Positions 24,080-38,258 of a stretch of 64,000 nucleotides of DNA are shown one piece after another. Under the pieces are notes generated by a model that was given only the letters and a program-made list of their open reading frames with translations, was not told the origin of the DNA and did no database searches. This DNA is from Hypanus sabinus. Its lineage: Eukaryota. Location: the NCBI RefSeq assembly GCF_030144855.1, contig NW_026779593.1:1-64000 (forward strand), given 5' to 3'. How positions within the stretch are numbered: position 1 is the first letter of the stretch; each line of letters starts with the position of its first letter. The translations under genes were made by a program, and so were the position numbers.

Positions 24080-26179
24080 GCAAGGGTGGGTGATGTAGCA
24101 GGATCCTCTTTTGAGTCAGAATGATTGGAAGTCAGGAACAGAATGGGAGCAGTTACTCTACGGAGGTATTCTATAGGAGCCCTGGTAGCAGCAGAGATAC
24201 CGAGGAGCAGATTAGGAGGCAGATTTTGGAAAAGTGCAAAAATAACAGGGTTGTTCACATGGGTGACTTTAACTTCCCTAATATTGGTTGGAACTTGATT
24301 AGTTCCAAGGATTTAGATGAGGCAGAGTTAGTCAAGTGTGTGCAGGAAGGATTCCTGTCACAGTATGCTGACAAGCCGACCAAGGGGAATGTCATACTAG
24401 ATCTAGTATTAGGTAACAAACCGGGTCAGGTCACAGATCTGTCAGTGGGTGACCACCTGGGGGTCAGTGATCACCGCTCCCTGACCTTTAGGATTATCAT
24501 GGAAAAGAATAGAATCAGAGAAGACAGGATTTTTAGTTTTAATTGGGAAGGGCAAATTATGAGGCTATAAGGCTAGAACTTGCGGGTGTGAATTGGGATG
24601 ATATTTCTGCCGGGAAATGTACTATGGACAAGTGGTCGATGTTTAGGGATATCTTGCAGGATGTTCGGAATGAATTTGTCCCGGTGAGGAAGATAAAGAA
24701 TGGTAGGGTGACAAGTGAAGTGGAAAATCCAGTCAGGTGGAAGAAGGCAGCATACATGAAGTTTCGGAAGCAAGGATCAGATGGGTCTACTGAGGAATAT
24801 AGGTTAGCAAGAAAGGAGTTGAAGAAGGGACTGAGAAGAGCAAAAAAGGGACATGAGAAGGCCTTGGCGAATAGGGTAAAGGAAAACCCCAGGGCATTCT
24901 TCAATTATGTGAAGAGCAAAAGGAGGACAGGAATGACGGTAGGACCGATTAGAGATAAAAGTGGGAAGATGTGCATGGACGCTGTGGAAGTGTGCGAGGT
25001 CCTCAATGAATACTTCTCTTCGGTATTCACCACTGAGGGGGATCTTGATGACGGTGAGGACAGTATGAGTGAGGTTGATGTTCTGGAGAATGTTGATATT
25101 AAGGGAGAGGAGGTGTTGGAGTTGTTAAAATAAATTGGGACGGATAAGTCCCCGGTGCCTGACGGAATATTCCCCAGGCTGCTCCAAGAGGCAAGGGAAG
25201 AGATTGCTGCACCTCTTGTTAGTATCTTCAGTCCTCTTTGTCCAGGGGAATGGTACCGGAGGATTGGAGGGAGGCGAATGTTATCCCCTTGCTCATAAAA
25301 GGCAATAGTGATAGTCCAGGTAATTATAGACCAATGAGCCTTACTTCTGTGGTGGGAAAGCTGTTGGAATATATTCTTAGAGATAGGATCTATCGGGATT
25401 TCGAGAATCATGGTCTGATCAGGGACAGTCAGCATGGCTTTGTGAAGGGCAGATAGTGCCTAACAAGCCTGATAGATTTCTTTGAGGAGGTGACAGGCAT
25501 ATAGATGAGTGTAATGCAGTGGATGTAATCTACATGGATTTTAGTAAGGCATTTGACAAGGTTCCACAAGGTAGGCTTATTCAGAAAGTCAGAAGGCATG
25601 GGATCCAGGGAGGTTTGGCAAAGTGGATTCAGAATTGGCTTGCCTGCAGAAGGCAGAGTGGCATGGTGGTGGAGTACTTTCAGATCCGAGGGTTGTGACT
25701 AGTGGTATCCCACAAGGATCTGTTCTGGGAACTCTACGTTTTGTGATTTTTATTGTCGACCAGTATGTGTCTGAGTTGACAAGTTTACAGACGACACAAA
25801 GTTTGGTGGTGTTGTTATAGTGTAGAAGATTGTCGAAGATTGCAGAGAGACATCGATAGGATGCAGAAATGGGCTGAGAAGTGGCAGATGGAGTTCAACC
25901 CGGAGAAGTATGAGGTGGTACACTTTGGAAGGACAAACTCCAAGACAGAGTACAAATTAAATGGCAGGATTCCTGGTAGTGTGGAGGAGCAGTGGGTTTT
26001 GATGGTACATGTCCACTGAAAGTTGCCTCACAGGTAGATAGGAGTGTTAAGAAAGCTTATGGGGTGTTAGTTTTCATAAGTCGAGGGATAACGTTTAAGA
26101 GACGCGATGTAATGATGCAGCTCCATAAAACTATAGTTTGGCCACACTTGGAGTACTGTCTCCAGTTCTGGTCGCCTCA
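24080..26179 (+). mobile_element. CR1-type LINE ORF2 remnant (endonuclease + reverse transcriptase), truncated and inactive
   Basis: Endonuclease motifs are GDFNFPNI, LDLVL and SDH. RT motifs are NYRPMSLTSVVGKLLE, QHGFVKGR, YMDFSKAFDKVP, GIPQGSVLG, WAEKWQMEFNPEK and PHLEYCLQFWSP. There are multiple stops and frameshifts. Confidence 0.95.
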
Positions 26180-28532
26180 CTCGGTGTAATTCAAAATCTG
26201 TAATCAGGAAGGGCTTGTGCAGCGACTAAGGAGAGAGATGAGAGACAGATATCAACTATCAGGATATACAGTCACATGAGGAAGGGCTACATTGAACTTC
26301 ACAATCTGGAGAAAACCAGAAAAGGAAGAGATACTCACACAAAATGTGAAGGAACTCAGGAGGACTGAGTGAATGAGGTATTCCTCTGTGGGTAACACAT
26401 TCAGCTGAATAATTGCTGAAACATTTTGAACATAGAACATAGAATAGTACAGTACATTACAGGCCCTTCGGCCCACAATACAGTGCCGACCCTCAAACCC
26501 TGCCTCCCATATAACCCCCCATCGTTGATACAGAGACGTCTACATGTATTTTTCCCAAGCGGAGATACCGTATTATTGGCCGTCGGAAAGAGGAGGCACC
26601 CAACGTTGGCGCCATCTCCATGAAGGAAGTTGGAATGGATAGCCTTGTAATGATTTGATCGGTCACAAGACATTGTTACCAGGGTGAGTTTAATAATAAA
26701 TACCGACTGAGCGAGGACAAACGAAGATCTACCGTTCTAAGACGTCGTAACAGTTGAAAAATATTTAAGGTGAACTTTAGAGTTTTCTCAATCATTCTGG
26801 TGACGCATTGGTTAGGAGGTGAAGTGGTCACATTGACATAATTGGCCACGTCTGCTCCTTGGGTTGCAGGGGCCTATTATTCTGTTAGATTTCTAAATAA
26901 AACTAAAATGAACTTTTCCTTCTATTCTTTAATACTTAACTGTTTCTTAATTATGTCACAGTCTGTTGTTATACAGTTCTTTCTTGAACAACTACCCTTA
27001 TAAATTGTTCAGAATCCCATTATACCTTCATTGAGGGCCGAATAAACCCACCGACGCTCCCTCTGTTCTAGAACTAACAATTTTTCATCAGACATCGCAC
27101 CTTGACCTATTCTCCAAGAAACTGCAAATACAACATCCCAGTGCATTGTTTCAACAATCAAAAATTCGGCAATGTACCGTTTATTCTATCTAATTGCACC
27201 CTCCTCCGCAACACACATACACAGCAGCCCCACAACCCGCGTTTTCTGTGCCGCAGCAATGAACAATAAAATGAGACCTGTTTCCATTCCATTGCGCTAT
27301 TAGCGATGGGTTTAGTGAATTTAATTCCAAATCGTGTCAAGAGGTGGCGCATTTGCAAATAGAATAGCGGATAAGTTGTGCAAGTGGCGACACTGCCTCT
27401 GATCAATATTGCACTCACGACATGCTACGTTTTATACCGCTTTCCACGTCAAAATGGGCTCACCAAAGACGGAATTACTAATTACCTAGTTCATATTTAA
27501 AATTCAGCGCCGCTGTGAGAATTCCCCAAACCAGCAGCAGGAATGCTCTCAGTCCGCATCTGGAACATGCTCACCTGGAGAAGTTTCATCCTTTACGTCA
27601 CACTGAACGCGGAAATTTCCTATAAAGATTCTCAGCTTAAACTCTACCACACTACGAAAGTGAAGCACCGCGGACTGAGGAAATATGCGGCCGCATAGCA
27701 CGTGACAGGAGATTTGGTCCCGCAATACGACACAAAGTAGGATTTCACTCTGTTCTCCATACTCACCATCTCCACACCCGAAAGAAAAATACAACTCTTA
27801 GTTAAAAGTGAATTTATTCTCAAAGTACGCGCTATGCATATGTCACCAAATACTATCCAATATCCTCTTCCTTGTGGTTGTTGACAGTGGAAGAAAAACA
27901 GCTGAATAAATGAAAAACTGTAGACATATTCCAACTGACAACCAATACCGATGTTAAGAAGTAGACAAACTGTGCAAATTAGTAAAGAATCAATAATAAT
28001 AAATACAGATTTCTTGCTCTTTCACCCTCGCTTCTTTCTCTCCCCTCCTATTCTGGCGCTCTTCGTTGTCCGTCTCTATCACGAGCACTTGCCCCGCTCT
28101 TTACGCCAATTAACCGGCATTCTACTACCCTCTCGCTCACTTTCTCCTACCGTTGCCGGTTCCCTTTGGTCTTCGCCCACTGCTGCCTCTCGTCCAGTCT
28201 CTCGCCCCTGGTGTCTGTATGTTCATGTCTCGCTCCCTCTTCTCTCCAGCACCACAAATTATTTCGTTCTGCACTACAATCGCCGGAGAGGTGTCAAGTC
28301 AGATTATATGCACATCCTATGCACATTGCTCTCTTTCTACTTCACTTCGAAAACAGTGCATCACAGCAACAGGCACTTCGCCACTCAATGATATTCTGCA
28401 CCCATCAGGTTAGTAATAAAATGTTCAATTAAACTATCATTTTCTGCCTCCAGAATGTCCCTACCCTTCTACTAATTTCACATTGCTATCGCATGGAAAC
28501 GTGTCTTAGAATTTGGCTACAATACGTGTCGT

Positions 28533-29202
28533 TTTGTGGCCATTTGCTGGTCAAACATTCAGACAAAGTATTGTAATCCAAGAATTGCCGGATGGGTTAT
28601 TGGCACAATATGCATCGTGTTCTGTTTAGTGAACGTCCTTTATTATTCCTGCATTGAGAGGCTGGAATTAGTATTTGGGAAGGGAAATGGAGGACGTGCA
28701 GGTCCAAGAGCTCACTTCACCAGGATCCACTTTTTGAGTGGTTTTCCTGAGTGGACCGTCCGATATATCCACTGCGTCCTTTCTTTCACATTTTGTTACT
28801 GAACATCCTGACCGTCAGACGGATCCTGGCTCCAGCCGAGTCCGAAGGGGACTCCGGGGACATTGAACTGGCGAGAAGCAGCAGGATCCGGAGAAGAAGA
28901 GCCGGAGACAGTCCATCGTTCTGCTCTTCACCCTGTCGGCGATTTTCCTCCTGTGCTGGGGGACAACCACGCTTGTCTTCATTTTGCTGCGGTGCCTCTA
29001 CTCTGACCTGGAAACGTCCATTCGGCTTTTCATGGCGCAACGGGCGGGAGCTGAGATTCAGCTTTTCAGCTGCTGCATAAACACCTTCATTTACGGCGTG
29101 ACCCAAACCAAATTCAGAGAGCAGCTGAAGATGACGGCTCTCTATCCCACTCATATGCTTGTTAGCTTGGGGAGACAGCGTTTAACGCGGACTTACCCGT
29201 GA
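28533..29202 (+). pseudogene. GPR139-like pseudogene psi2
   Basis: Near-identical copy of psi1 at offset 25651, with the same lesions. Confidence 0.9.
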
Positions 29203-29315
29203 TGAAGTGCAATTGCTCCAGAAAGGATGCGCCCGCATGTTTCAGCATGTTTTTTAATTATCATTTATGATTTTTTTTGTGCTGCCTGTTTGTGCCGGGA
29301 TAAATCACAATACAA

Positions 29316-30084
29316 AGAAACATGGAAAACCTATACGACAATACAGGCCCTTCGAAACACAAATTTGTGCCGAACATGTTTCTACCTTAGAAATATAGCC
29401 TTACCTATAGACCTCTATTATACTATGCTCCATGTACCTATCCAAAGGCCACTTATCGTATCGGCTTCCACCACCGTTGCCGGCAGCCCATTCCTCGCAC
29501 TCACCACTCCCTGAGTAAATACGTACCCCTGACACGTCCTCTGTACCTACTCCCCATCAACTAAAACGCGTGTCCTTCTGTGTTTCACCATTTCATCACT
29601 GGGAAAAGCTTTCTACTATCCACATGATGCATGCCTCCCATCATCTTGTACATCTCTATCAGGTCACCTCTCATCCTGCGTCACTCCATGGAGATAAGGC
29701 AGAGTTACTCAACCTATTCTCATAGGGCATGGTCCCCACTCCAGGCAACATCCTTGTAAATATCATCTGCACTCTTTCTATGGCTTCCACATCCTTCCCG
29801 TAGTGAGGCAGTAGATCTGAGCAAAGAACTCCAAGTGGGGTCTGACCATGGTCCTATGGAGCTGCAACATTACCTCTCGGCTCTTAAACTCAATCCAACG
29901 ATTGATGAAGGCCAATACACCGTACGCCTTCTTAATCACTGAGTCAACCTGCGTAGCTGCTTTGAGTGTACCTGGACCCCAAGATCCCTCTGATCCTCCA
30001 CACCGTCAAAAGTCTTACCATTAATACTATATTCTACAGTAATATTTGACCTAACAGAATGAACCACTTTACACTTATCTGGGT
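29316..30084 (-). mobile_element. CR1 LINE 3' fragment (copy)
   Basis: Copy of 3665-4433. Confidence 0.8.
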
Positions 30085-30503
30085 TTTGGGCGTGGCGGGG
30101 GGGGGGGGCGGTGTAGACACCATGATCAGTATAACGGCTTTATTTATGCAACAAAATAAATCTTAGTTTTTGCACGGGGGATCCAGTTCCCGTAAGACAA
30201 ACAAAGCAGAATTATTTGTGAGGTTATGATAATTAACACCATATGGAACGCAGCTGGTTTCATCATCGGCAAACCGAATCTGCTATATAAGATCCAACAT
30301 GCAGTCTCTTTGCTTGACTTGTGAATGAACCATCAAGGCGCACAGAAACCGTAGAAGTGTTGCGACTGAAGGACGCACGTTTTATTTCTCGTGCCCTTAC
30401 TCTTATGGATTAAATATTTTGTGAATACTTTACAGAGTTATCAGCCGGATATTTCTTGCGTCTCTGGATAAATATTATTCCAAGCGGAGAACACAAATAC
30501 TGC

Positions 30504-33302
30504 ATGGATACAGCAAGGAAAATATGCTACCCGGTTATTGCAGCCATCGGCGTCCCTGGTAAGGCTTCCCAGTTCTAACTGGTGATCGGATCGTGGTATT
30601 TTACTTCAACATCTCGCTCGTGATCTGTCCTTCCATTTAATCCATTAATATATGTATTAATCGAGTAACAAATTTATTTGCTAATACCCACTGTAATGAG
30701 TGCTGTAAACATTTGTATTTGGCAATAGGTCGAATGATCTGTCTTTACCCGTTGCTGAACGACCAAGAATTGTGTGTGCAGGTCGCATTTAAGTCGATTT
30801 ATCGCTACAGGTTTCATCCTTAAATCATCAAGATCTGCTAGACGATTACCATGGACACTCGGGTTTGTTGTCACCGCCAACNNNNNNNNNNNNNNNNNNN
30901 NNNNNNNNNNNNNNNNNNNNNNNNNNNNNNNNNNNNNNNNNNNNNNNNNNNNNNNNNNNNNNNNNNNNNNNNNNNNNNNNNNNNNNNNNNNNNNNNNNNN
31001 NNNNNNNNNNNNNNNNNNNNNNNNNNNNNNNNNNNNNNNNNNNNNNNNNNNNNNNNNNNNNNNNNNNNNNNNNNNNNNNNNNNNNNNNNNNNNNNNNNNN
31101 NNNNNNNNNNNNNNNNNNNNNNNNNNNATTCACCAGGTCAGCTGCCAATTATGGCAGATCTTCCCAACCGTTTGCTTGAATGTCGTGGATCCTTCCCATT
31201 AACCGAGAAGTCGAGGAACCCCTAATGGAGAAATCTCCTCTGTCGAGGGAAATAATGGACGGTTAAGGCCGAGATATTTCATCAGAACGAGATACTATGC
31301 TTGGAGAGGACATCATAACAAGATGGGAGAAGAAGCTCAATAATAAAGACTCTGGCAAAACACGTGAACCCATCTATCTGTTTCAATAGATGCTACCTGG
31401 ACGAATTGCTTTGAATGTTTCTCTGTTGTCCAGTGTTGTGTGGGTGTAGTGGCGGCATCTCCTGCTGATAATTTGACGTCTTTACACGATGTATTAACAA
31501 TTTATAATTTCACGGAATAACCTACTACAGTCTTTTCTCTTATTGCTGACAACCATTGTTGGAGCTACTTCTTTCATAATCTCTCTCACAATTAGCTGGC
31601 TTTACATCAGGCGATCGCACCCCTTTTGTATGACGTTCACCCCAACTATTAGCGGACGGATGCGTAGACCGCAGTTCGGGAACTCCAAGTTCACTCATTC
31701 AGCAGCATTCATTTCTGTATCATATCGAAAGCGAATTTTGTCTCGTGCAATACATTGGCGAAATTCAAAAACGTGTCTGATTATACGCCGTTTATTTATA
31801 TTTTCATGCGAGACGTTTGCTTAAACTGAACAAACAGTTCGGAGTCAACTCATCTTGTGCCCGTGTAGTCCTGCATAGGACAGACGGATACAGTTTCTCC
31901 GTCCAACACCGAAGACAGCTTAGTCCGTTCCGTAGGTGTTCCCTGTCCTGCTGCGTTCCACCAGCCCCGTGTTATCTGGGTGTAGTGGCGGCAGCTCATG
32001 TTAATTATTTTTTCTTTCCACGATGTTCTAACGCTTTCGATTTTTTTCTGAATTACCCTTGAAAGTCAACTTTGAAAGTCGGACCTTGAGAAGCATGGAG
32101 TACATCAGCAAAAGTCCACACTCGGTTCCACTCCTCTAACAGATTGTCCAAAAGAGGTACGCATACATTGCGTTACGCATACATTCCACAGGAACAATTT
32201 TAATCAAGACCTGGTTTGAAGTGAAATTTCAAACGGTGACATTGTCCGATATGTGTCGGATAGCGATGGCGACTTAGATTAAATATATTATGACAAGATG
32301 TCCTGTCGTGTTAGAATTAACTTTTAAAATGCAGTTTGATTGTATGTTATGCATGTCAGAAATCTTCTCGTCATTTTTTCTTTCTTTGTTTCTAGTTAAC
32401 CTAGTGGCGATCGTGATACTCAGCCGAGGAAAGTTGGTCTCTCCAAAGGGATCACTCGGTATCTGGTGGCGATGGCCGTGGCCGATCTTGCGGTGGTGAT
32501 CATCGAAGTCGGGTACTTCCAGATCGTGGAGGCGTACCGAGCGTACTGGCTGTTGCTTCCCCCTCCGTTCTGTTTAGTCCACTTCGCCTTCTGTTACGTG
32601 TCTTTAGATTGTTCCGTGTGGCTGACTGTGGCGTTCACTTTCGATCGGTTTGTGGCCATTTGCTGGTCTAAGATTCAGGCAAAGTACTGTAACCCAAGAA
32701 TTGCCGGAGGGGTTATTGGCACAATATGTGTCGTGTTCTGTTTAAAGAACGTCCCTTATTACTTCCTGCATCAAGAGGCTGGAATTAGTACTTCGGGAAC
32801 GAAATGGAAGACCTGCCAATCCAAGGGATTGCTTCTCCTGGATCCAGATTTTGAGTGGTTTTCCTGGGTGGATCGTCTGTTAAATCCGCTGCTTCCTTTC
32901 TTCCTCATTTTGATCCTCAACGTCCTGACCGTCAGACAGATCCTGGCCTCCAGCCGAGTCCGCAGGGGTCTCCGGGGACAGAGAACTGGCGAGAAGCAGC
33001 AGGATCCGGAGATGAAGAGCCGCAGACAGTCCATCGTTCTGCTCTTCACCCTGTCGGCGAGTTTCCTCATCTGCTGGGCGACAACGACGCTTGTCTTCAT
33101 TTTGCTGCGGTGCCTCTACACGGACCTGGAAACGTCCATTCGGCTTTTCATGGCGCAACGGGCGGGCGCTGTGATTCAGCTTTTCAGCTGCTGCACAAAC
33201 ACCTTCATTTACGGCGTGACCCAGACCAAATTCAGGGAGCAGCTAAAGACTACGGCGCTCTATCCGGTTCATATTCTTTGTAGCATGGGGAGGCAGTGTT
33301 AA
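30504..33302 (+). pseudogene. GPR139-like gene A2 with a 1-nt frameshift (exons 30504-30558, 32396-33302)
   Basis: Copy of A1. AAG TGT GGT is AAG T-T GGT at about 32434, giving a stop at 32497-32499. The rest of the frame is intact to 33302. It could be a recent null allele or a sequencing error. Confidence 0.75.
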
Positions 33303-36300
33303 CTGTACGGCTGTTCCAGAAAGGATGGCTCCGCATTTGGCAGCACGTTTTTAATTGTCGTTTATTAAAATATTGTTTGTGCTGCCTGTTATGCCTGTAT
33401 TACGCCGTTCCTTCCTGAACTATCCCTTTCCGGGTTAAATCAAGTTATTTGTCTATAGTGTTCACAGTACAATATGCACTCACCACTGGACGCTTATTAC
33501 GTTCCCTTATACAACTGCTCGTTTCCGTCAACATCCATATAGTCAAACAGGTGTCGGCACCTGAATATGTTAAGACAAGCAGACATGGAGATGCGGATGA
33601 GTTCGTGCTCAGATCGGTTCAAAAGTCAGAATGGGGATCAAAAATGATCTTTGAACCTTCACTGATTGAAGTCGAACGGTCAGCAGAAATGATTGTTGGA
33701 GGCAGACTGGGTGGTTTGGGTAATGCCGCAGCGCCGGAAATTCGGAGATTCCCACGCACAGCAGTCTAATTTAGAGATTACAGATAATGATGAGAGAAGC
33801 AAAAATGAAGCATCCAGTTGCAAGCGGTTCTGAAAGCGGAAAAACCGCTTTTATGAGATTGTTCAGAGAAGAATGACCAGAATGGTTTAAGAGGACTAGA
33901 CAGCGAAAGTATCTCAAAGAGTGATGTCTTTTAACAATGGTGCCCAGAATGCACCGAATATTGACGGGGAAGTGTTACAGTAGCAGAGGGCGGCACTGAA
34001 ATTCATCTGTATACCACAGAATGAGACACACACGAAATGCTCGGCGAGCACAGCAGGGCAGGTATCTCCGTCGTGAGCAATAGCGAGCGAAAGATTCGGG
34101 CCGAAGCACTGACGTCTTGCTACCCTATTCCAGGGCCCAGCGGCACCACGGGAGAGGAGTGAGGCGGCAGTTTGTTTACGTAGCCTGTGAAAGAACCTGG
34201 GCATTCAGGACATTTGACAGTGCCCAGGAAAATATCAAGGGAGACAGGGAGAAAACCAGGCGCAATATGCACCCAGACATTAGACACACTGATAGCAACT
34301 TAACGTTTGTTTATCCCGTTCGGGAAGGCAGAAAGATGCAGACCAGAATGACATTCTCAGTAGTAGAAATCTTGCGTTTACTGAAAAGAATAACATGCTT
34401 TATTATAATTAGATACATCTCCGCGGAGCATTCTCAGTGCCGCACACCTCCTTCTCATCCTGTAATCGGACAACCTCGAGGCAAGGAAACATGGAGACGC
34501 GGAACGGGACGACATTCGGTTCCATTTCTCCGGTGACAGGAATCACCGATTAAAGCGTTGAGGAGCATTGAGACATCGGGGCGAATGCGTAAGGCGAACC
34601 ACTTCTCTAACGCCGACTGCCTTCATCTTGGTCGGTGCTGATAAGGAGTCTGTGAGCGGCCAGTCTCTGTGTGGCTCGCTGTGGCAGGCGGGTCGGCTTC
34701 AGCCCTCGAACGGTGCCTCTCTCTCCGATGCTGAAGGAGGATATTGCCGTTGTTCTGCGTTATGGGTTCGACCGTCGCGTTTATAAACTGTGGATTTACG
34801 GTGTTTATCATCTGTGTTTTTATTTTCTTGCACGTTCCCTTTCCGTTTAGTTTATGAACAGGTTTGATAGCTGATGCTCACGTTACCTTCTTGCAGTTAG
34901 ATGTTTGTGCGTGGGGAAGGGTTTGGGAATACTGCAGACATTTTGTGCGGGCGAAGAGGAATTCGGAGGATGAGGATCGAGATACCTATTTCTGTGCAAG
35001 AGGTGCATTTCAACTTTCTCACTGAACTGCTTTCGTGATCCCTCTTGGTTTGCGGCTATTCAGAGAAGGCGTTCCTCAGAATTTTGTATGGATGCACCTT
35101 TTGTTTACAAATGAATCAGTGAGCCTTTTAACTTTTGAGAAACTCTCAATAAGCCATCACTTGTCACCACACTTTCCGAATTCCCAAACCTGTGTTGAAC
35201 ACATATGCATGTTATCCCCGTTGCATTGTGTTCCCACTGTCGGTCATGGCGGTGAACTCATTCAATGAATACAAGTTCATCCCCGGATAAGATAACACAG
35301 AGCTTCTCCACTAAAATTGAGTGGGGGGGGGGGGATCGCGAGCGAGAAGGGTGGATTCTAAGTAGCTTCTGTGCCTGGGGATGCTTCGGGAGTTCTGTCT
35401 CTTCGGGTCCGGTTACCGGATTGCCGGACGTTTGACGCTTCATGCTCTGCTCCGTGTCAAGATACGAATCGCCTGCAGCTTGTCTGCGCTATTCTGTGTC
35501 GAGATCCGTACTGCCGGCCGTTTGCTTCTACAGGTGCCACCTCATGTCAAGATAAGAATCGCCCGCTGTTTGTCTGCGCCATTCTGTGTCGAAATAAGGA
35601 TTGGCAGCCATTTACCTTTCCGCTTAATGCTGCGTGTGATGAAGGGTTTAGCCTGTCGACTGCTCCTCTGTCCACCCACCCGCGCTGTTTGCCCGTGTTT
35701 ACGAAGTCTCTTGACCACTGAGTATCTATATTTGAAGTTCCCTCCCGCGCCGATCGACCGAGTTAATTTCCTGCCCCCTGTGTAAATAGGAGTAGGACAC
35801 TCGGCCCTCTGTTCTTTCCCGGCCGCTCTCATCCTTTGGTCCACATCTGTGCTCTGCATAAGTCCCGCCACTAAACGCCAGAGTCCTGATGTAGTGACCG
35901 GGTTCGATCCCCGGTCCAGCTTCGCTCACCCCTTGGCTCCCCTCGGCCTACTCCTCGCTCCCCGGCCTTCCTTGCAACTATTGACTTCTGTTAATGTTAC
36001 CAGCGTTTCGGTGTCCTGCATTTTAGTTTGCTTTCTTCGCTCCTTGCAANNNNNNNNNNNNNNNNNNNNNNNNNNNNNNNNNNNNNNNNNNNNNNNNNNN
36101 NNNNNNNNNNNNNNNNNNNNNNNNNNNNNNNNNNNNNNNNNNNNNNNNNNNNNNNNNNNNNNNNNNNNNNNNNNNNNCACACTCAACACTGAAGATCAGA
36201 GATCGTGAAAGAGGGAGTCAAAACAATCCTGTAGATATTGGGAATTTGACAAGAAAGAATGGTGAATTAGGGAAACAAATGAGGGATGTTGGAAAAACAG

Positions 36301-37967
36301 GTGGACGGGTCAAGCGGAGAGGAAACTGGGCGAAGAGCCTGGTTAATGGCCTGGTTGAGACCCTGGGCGATGTGAAACTTTGCTTCTGGGTGTGAGGTAG
36401 ATGAATTCGGATTGATAAGCAAGGGGATGGGGAGCAGGTTATATAAAATTGAAGAATTTGCTGTTAGTTTCCGCGGGCTGTAAACGACATAGGTACAACC
36501 GGAAATACTATTCCTCTGGTTAACGTTTGCTCTCTTCATTATAGTGTTATTGTGTCAATTGGAAATAAATTCTATATGAATGGAAAATGAGGAGTCTATG
36601 GGGCTATGGTGGACAGGGTGCAGATGCTCAAAATCGAGTTCCTCGTCTCCACTTGGAAGTATCTTTCTCTGCCAGACACCTTCTCGACCGTAGCGCATAT
36701 CAGCTGTAATACAGCGGGGACGCAGCAAGAACAGTTTGTCAGACTGTTGCTTGCTTGTTAATAAAGCTTTCTTTTCAATAAAGGACGCGTTGCCCTTAGC
36801 GTTACACCATCAAAGCGCCAGCGATCAATTCGTTCTGCTCGTTGAAGAATATTGGACGTCTCTCCGCCACCATAGTCTGTATTTTTATCAATTATGCTAT
36901 TGGTTGCACTGTTGTATCTATGTTGTTTTGTGCAGGTCTTGTAGATTTAGTTTTTGGTCTTGTTTGTCTGGTGGCTTTGGAGCTCCTTTCCGGGGAACGC
37001 GCGAAGACGCTAGTACAATATTAATATGCAACAGCCTCTCCAGATTCTGGATTGGGGATTGCCAAACGTTATGTAGATTTTCTAGTTAGTCTGATTGGTC
37101 ATATGCTTTTGTGATATCATTCTGGAGGAACGTTCTCTCATTTTTTTAACTGCATTGTATTTGTGGTTTCTAAATGACAATAAACTGAATCTGAATCTGA
37201 ATAATAAATAAAGTAAGAATATTTAACNNNNNNNNNNNNNNNNNNNNNNNNNNNNNNNNNNNNNNNNNNNNNNNNNNNNNNNNNNNNNNNNNNNNNNNNN
37301 NNNNNNNNNNNNNNNNNNNNNNNNNNNNNNNNNNNNNNNNNNNNNNNNNNNNNNNNNNNNNNNNNNNNNNNNNNNNNNNNNNNNNNNNNNNNNNNNNNNN
37401 NNNNNNNNNNNNNNNNNNNNNNNNNNNNNNNNNNNNNNNNNNNNNNNNNNNNNNNNNNNNNNNNNTACTCGAAATACACGTTGATAAGAAAACTGTGCTG
37501 ACGCAACGGGAGCGTTTCTGCGCAGGTGCGACAAAGAGCTTGAAAAGGAAAAGTTTTTCGACAGGAGTCGTTGACTGGGGTACTGTGCAGACGCAACTGG
37601 CGTTCCCGCACAGGTCGAGAAAAATTTTCAACTGCAAAACCAGTTATCATATAAGAGAGATAATGCCCTGCGGTGCGGTTAACGTGGGAGAGAATAGGGT
37701 GGGTGTAATTTTGAATACAGTTGTGGGAGATTGGGAGAGGTAAACGTAGATGGAAGGATAGGTAAGTGAGGGTATGGATTGGGAACAATGGTTGACTTAT
37801 CATCCCCGCGCTACGTACTGCTCCCAAGGAGAGGTTCTGACCCTGTGCAGAGCTCCGTCCCCAAAGCTTTTTGCCAAGGAGGGGTCCCGGCTGTATGCTC
37901 CATGTTTCTGTGTTCCTGTTCTCCCAAGACCAAAGCTCTGAGTCCCAGTTCTCCAACTCTTCCAACA

Positions 37968-38258
37968 CTTAGAATCGATAGTTTGATTTATAAAGACTAA
38001 TGTACCAAAAGTTTTCTTTACGACCCTATCTATCTGTGACGCCACTTTTAGGGGATTATGTATTTGTATCCCCAGATCTCTCTGCTCTTCTGCACTCCTG
38101 AAAGTCCTATCATTTACCTTGTACGTTCTACCTTTGTTTGTCCTTCGAAAGTGCAATACCTCAGACTTTTCAACATTAAAGTCCATCTGCCATTTCTCAG
38201 CCCAATTTTCCAGGTGGTCTAAATCCTTCTGCAAGCTTTGGAAACCTTCCTCACTGTC
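37968..38258 (-). mobile_element. CR1 LINE RT fragment (copy)
   Basis: Copy of 12160-12450. Confidence 0.88.

Larger units (their letters stand above)
529..26179 (+). repeat. Segmental tandem duplication, unit 1 (25,651 bp: psi, gene A, gene B, CR1)
   Basis: The junction ...gtcgcctca|ctcggtgtaattc recurs at 529, 26180 and 51890. The ORF track repeats at offsets of about 25.65-25.8 kb. Confidence 0.97.

Noticed and set aside
24121-26189. Active reverse-transcriptase system or domesticated RT gene
   Set aside because: Ordinary CR1 ORF2 with stops, frameshifts and truncation at both ends. The copies arise from the segmental duplication, not from retrotransposition.
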